32,000 nt of DNA from NCBI RefSeq assembly GCF_000829235.1, contig NZ_AP012549.1, positions 480,001-512,000 of the forward strand. Direction: 5' to 3'. Below the pieces are notes generated by a model. That model searched no databases. It was not told where the DNA came from and saw nothing but the letters and a program-made list of their open reading frames with translations. The DNA comes from a cyanobacterium endosymbiont of Epithemia turgida isolate EtSB Lake Yunoko (GTDB lineage: Bacteria > Cyanobacteriota > Cyanobacteriia > Cyanobacteriales > Microcystaceae). A program made the position numbers and the translations under genes. This document shows positions 28,463 to 32,000 of the stretch, piece after piece. Within the stretch, counting starts at the first letter, position 1, and each line of letters opens with the position of its first letter.

Positions 28463-30223
28463 ATGTTAAAGATTCTAAGCATAGTCCAATGTCCCCTAAT
28501 TATCCTAGGAATAATGATGATAATTACATCTAATTCCCAGGCTTCGTCTTTACCTAATCTATCTAATCCCTCGGTTTTGTCTTTATCTAAGTTGCGAAAA
28601 AATAACCTAAAACTGCAACAATTAACTGATGGTTTCTTGAATAACACTGATCATCCTCATCAATCACAGGTAACAAGTGTTTCGGACTTACAAAATGGTT
28701 TCTTAAGTAACACTGATCGTTTTGATCAATCACAGCTAACAAATGTTTTGAAGTTACAAGATGTTTCTCCCACGCAATGGCCCTATGAAGCATTCCGAAG
28801 TTTGGTAGATCGCTACAACTGCATTAAGGGGTATCCTGATAAGGTTTTTGAAGGAGATAGAACCTTATCCCGTGATGAATTTGCTGGCGCGGTAAATGCC
28901 TGTGTTGATAGCATTCAATTTGAATTCCAACAAAATGCATCAATTTTACGAGAAGATATAGAAAAATTAAAGTCGATAGCGCAAGAGTTTGAAATAGAAA
29001 CGGGCTCCTTGGGAACACGAACGAGTAATTTAGAATCGCGGGTAGCCTATACTGAAAATAATCAGTTTTCCACTACCAGTATTCTCACTGGTGAGATGAT
29101 CATGGGGTTAACGGGGATCACCAGTGGAGAAAAAAACCAAGGTACTGAAGACATCTTTAAGGTAACTAACCTAGGATATCGGGGACGACTGAAATTAAAT
29201 ACTACTTTTGATGGGGATGATTCGCTCTATATCCGTTTTACAACAGGGACCGCACCGGCTTATCCTGATATTACAGAAACATTTGAAGGAAAATTAAGCT
29301 TTTCACAACCTGATGCGAGTGATTTAGGTATACAACTGATTATCTATGATTTTGCACTCGCAGAAAATGTACGGATGTTTGTTGAACCAGTCGGAGGTGC
29401 TTTTGATGACTTCGTTCCCACAGTGAACTTCCTTGATGGGGATGCGTCGTCTGGAGCATTATCTTCATTTGGCACTCGTAATCCCGTTTATTATATGCCC
29501 GGGGGGCCAGGTATTGGTTTTCGAGGGCGGGTTTTTGAAGTGTTTGAATGGAGTGGAGGTTATTTAGCAGACAAGGCTGCTAGTCCTGATTTAGGTGCAG
29601 GGATGTTTAATGGTCCCTATGGTGTAATGGGACAATTGGCTTATGAACACAAGGAAAATTTTAAAGCAGCGTTTACATATTTGCATGGATATAACAATCT
29701 TGATTCAGGAACTGGTAGTCGTCGTTCCAATTTCCAAAGCTTTATTGAGAAAGAGTTTAAAGACTTTGGAGCCTCTGTTGATACAGTTAATAATTCCTAT
29801 AGAGTGGAATTGAGTTGGCATATTCTTGATCAATTTGTTCTAGGTGCTTGGGGAGGCTTTACTACAGTCAGAACTTTAGGGGCAATTGATTTAGGGAAAG
29901 ATTTAAAACCCATAGACAGAGGGAATCTAGACATTTGGAACTGGACGGTAAGTTTCGCTTTTCCTGATGCTATTTTTGAAGGAGATACAGCAGCAATTAT
30001 TTTTGGGATGGAACCTTGGGTTTCTAAGTCTAATCTCGTCTTACCTAACGGTTTAAGAAATAATGACCGCGATAGCTCTTTTCATTTCGAGGCAATTTAT
30101 GAATATGCAATCAATGATAATATTTCAATTACCCCTGGCATAATTATCATTACTTCTCCAGATTATGATAACAGCAATAATTCTTTATTTATTGGAACAA
30201 TTCGCACAACTTTTACTTTCTAA
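28463..30223 (+). CDS. Cyanobacterial outer-membrane porin (N-terminal SLH domain + coiled coil + OprB-like beta-barrel)
   Basis: I prefer the ATG at 28463, with signal peptide MLKILS...ITSNSQA. SLH motif LQDVSPTQWPYEAFRSLVDRYNCIKGYPDKVFEGDRTLSRDEFA. The C-terminal half has alternating beta-strand character and ends in ...IRTTFTF. Confidence 0.85.
   Translation: MLKILSIVQCPLIILGIMMIITSNSQASSLPNLSNPSVLSLSKLRKNNLKLQQLTDGFLNNTDHPHQSQVTSVSDLQNGFLSNTDRFDQSQLTNVLKLQDVSPTQWPYEAFRSLVDRYNCIKGYPDKVFEGDRTLSRDEFAGAVNACVDSIQFEFQQNASILREDIEKLKSIAQEFEIETGSLGTRTSNLESRVAYTENNQFSTTSILTGEMIMGLTGITSGEKNQGTEDIFKVTNLGYRGRLKLNTTFDGDDSLYIRFTTGTAPAYPDITETFEGKLSFSQPDASDLGIQLIIYDFALAENVRMFVEPVGGAFDDFVPTVNFLDGDASSGALSSFGTRNPVYYMPGGPGIGFRGRVFEVFEWSGGYLADKAASPDLGAGMFNGPYGVMGQLAYEHKENFKAAFTYLHGYNNLDSGTGSRRSNFQSFIEKEFKDFGASVDTVNNSYRVELSWHILDQFVLGAWGGFTTVRTLGAIDLGKDLKPIDRGNLDIWNWTVSFAFPDAIFEGDTAAIIFGMEPWVSKSNLVLPNGLRNNDRDSSFHFEAIYEYAINDNISITPGIIIITSPDYDNSNNSLFIGTIRTTFTF
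28631..28762 (+). repeat. In-frame tandem duplication, 2 x 66 bp, in the porin N-terminal region
   Basis: Units 28631-28696 and 28697-28762 differ at 12 of 66 positions. They encode GFLNNTDHPHQSQVTSVSDLQN / GFLSNTDRFDQSQLTNVLKLQD. Confidence 0.9.
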
Positions 30224-30232
30224 TTGCTGTAT

Positions 30233-30271
30233 ATAATTTCTTTATATTGATTCTTCTTATAAAGAAATTAT
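30233..30271 (+). terminator. 13-bp perfect hairpin 10 nt after the porin stop (terminator candidate)
   Basis: ataatttctttat (30233-30245) / ataaagaaattat (30259-30271). AT-rich stem and no clean T-run. Confidence 0.3.
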
Positions 30272-30735
30272 CTCAATAAAAATCAAAATTCAATTTAATT
30301 ATCATTCAATAATAGTAATTATACAAGACAGGTTTAGTATAATTATTATTATTGATGTTTTTAGTTTCTTATCATTTAGGATAATTATAGTTGCTGACAG
30401 TTAAGATTATTATTCTTGCCAAATTAAGCTCTGTTAATATTTGGTATACTTTTGTTATTATAAACTTGATATAGGCAAAATAATTGCCGTTTTTATTCTT
30501 TTCTCTTGATTGTAGTTTTAGTTTTATCTACTTCTTTATTGAAAAATTTTCTGTTTTTAGGGGTCTTCTTCTTTAGAAGATAGATAGGTTCTTATCTTCA
30601 CTTTTGTTCTTTAGTTATTTATGACTTTTTTTGACTTACTGATTCTCTTGTAAGCATAATGTTTTTGTCCTTGTTCGTGTTCTGAAGAAAATTTTTAGCG
30701 TAGGTCAACGTTGATAGTTCTTACTCTTCCAATGC

Positions 30736-30797
30736 TGTTCGCTGGATATCAGTTTACTTGGTGTCCAGCGAACACTCTTTTAAAATTATTTTTTTGT
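30736..30797 (+). terminator. Orphan intrinsic-terminator-like element (GC-containing 11-bp stem + T-rich tail)
   Basis: tgttcgctgga (30736-30746) / tccagcgaaca (30764-30774) with a 17-nt loop, followed by ctcttttaaaattattttttt. It sits about 510 nt past the porin stop with no ORF upstream. Confidence 0.45.
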
Positions 30798-31577
30798 ATT
30801 TTTTAAAAAAAAGATCACCTATTTTAACCTTTAAAAAAAATACCACAAAAGTAGTCATTCTAGACCGAATATGATATGTTATTTATTAAAAAATGCTAGA
30901 ACTCTTATTATGAATATATTCTGCAAATTCAGAGATTTAATTTCTATAAAGATAAAATTTTTTTATTCTTTGATACCTGACAAAGTAATACTCTTTTGTT
31001 CACTATATTTTTTAATGGTTGACACATAAAAACTATAAAAGTAAACTTATGTAAGTACTGCAGTATTTAATTAATTTTGATAAACTTCTGATTCATAGAA
31101 AAAATCTCTATTAGTTTTGCTATATTCTCAATAGTCAACCATAAAAATTAAGAACCCTATACTTTAAAAGTATTGTACTAAACTGATATTGTAACTAACG
31201 TTTCCAGCATGACCATATAAATATAATAAAACGCGATAACTGTTTAAAATCAGTAGATATACACCATACATAGATGTGTTTCTTTTCATTATTTGTAATC
31301 AATATATTTATTTAACCTAAAATATTGATAATTTAATCCTAACTTTAATAAATATAATTTACCTTACAAAAGGTAACAAAAATTGATTGCTTTTCTTGAA
31401 TTATCAACCCCAAATAAGCGACTTTTATTTTGATTGGTTTCAGTTTATTGACTATCTGTCTTTGAATAAAATTAAGAATAGATACCCCAAAAGTCTTATC
31501 TGGATAATTATTAAAAAATTAATAGCTTTAATTTAAAATATATGTTTAATCAGTTATTAAAATTAATTAATTGTTAA

Positions 31578-32000
31578 CTACTTTAACGTTGGTTTTTGAT
31601 TATGCCAATCAGTGGCTTGTTCATAAGCGTAACCGACTTGAAATAGTTTCCCCTCTTCTAAAATATTTCCAATCAACTGTAAGCCAATGGGTAAGCCATT
31701 TACATCGAAACCGCAAGGAATACTCATTCCTGGAAGTCCAGCTAGATTAACAGGAATTGTCGTTAAATCAGACAGATACATACTTAAAGGATCATCCGTT
31801 TTTTCACCTACTTTAAATGCTGTAGTGGAAGATGTAGGACAAACTAAGACATCAACGGTTTCAAAGGCTTTATTAAAATCCTGTTTAATTAAAGTGCGAA
31901 TTCTTTGCGCTTTTAAATAAAAAGCATCATAGTAACCAGCAGACAACGCATAAGTTCCAATCATAATGCGTCTTTTAACTTCAGGACCAAAGCCTTTAGC
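31578..32000 (-). CDS. gatA: Glutamyl-tRNA(Gln) amidotransferase subunit A, C-terminal part (5' end outside window)
   Basis: The frame stays open to the window edge (…[38 protein letters not shown]…). It contains [13 protein letters not shown] and LPIGLQLIG, typical of the GatA C-terminus. Confidence 0.9.
   Translation of the reverse strand, partial: AKGFGPEVKRRIMIGTYALSAGYYDAFYLKAQRIRTLIKQDFNKAFETVDVLVCPTSSTTAFKVGEKTDDPLSMYLSDLTTIPVNLAGLPGMSIPCGFDVNGLPIGLQLIGNILEEGKLFQVGYAYEQATDWHNQKPTLK

Larger units (their letters stand above)
30224..31577. other. 1.35 kb ORF-free AT-rich spacer between porin and gatA
   Basis: No ORF of 60 aa or more. It contains an orphan terminator-like hairpin. Confidence 0.8.

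Overview
This is a low-GC cyanobacterial chromosomal window. The assignment is an inference from gene content: an sll0418-type MPBQ/MSBQ methyltransferase, an SLH+OprB-type porin, split PntAA/PntAB/PntB transhydrogenase, an ACT-malic enzyme, ModA and a Mo-nitro_C protein. Seventeen intact or edge-truncated housekeeping CDSs plus one clearly decayed L,D-transpeptidase pseudogene cover only about 57% of the 32 kb. The rest is ORF-free, extremely AT-rich spacer in blocks of about 3.65, 2.7, 1.7, 1.35 and 1.1 kb. I saw no rRNA, tRNA, CRISPR array, transposase, integrase or recognisable defence or toxin gene, and I found no convincing multi-gene novel system. The most unusual signals are these. (1) Two diverged, co-oriented copies of a ~0.6 kb ORF-poor element lie 6.5 kb apart (10.86-11.51 kb and 17.35-17.94 kb) and bracket argH-SWIM-vanY. 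They share a 26-32-codon minus-strand frame in which all 20 substitutions avoid the middle codon position. (2) Gene erosion is visible: the ldt pseudogene has start loss, two nonsense codons and a frameshift, the SWIM gene lacks its usual SNF2 partner, and modA is an orphan. This fits either a reductively evolving (endosymbiont-like) diazotrophic cyanobacterium or a Trichodesmium-like low-coding-density genome; I cannot tell which without a search. (3) Several statistically unlikely inverted repeats are present, including a 54-nt perfect palindrome, a 17-bp perfect IR and an orphan GC-rich terminator. (4) Two poorly characterised proteins stand out, a TerB-like/Mo-nitro_C fusion and a membrane-anchored Q-rich coiled-coil protein. 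All identities and percentages are by-eye estimates, and all family assignments rest on recognised motifs, not on searches.
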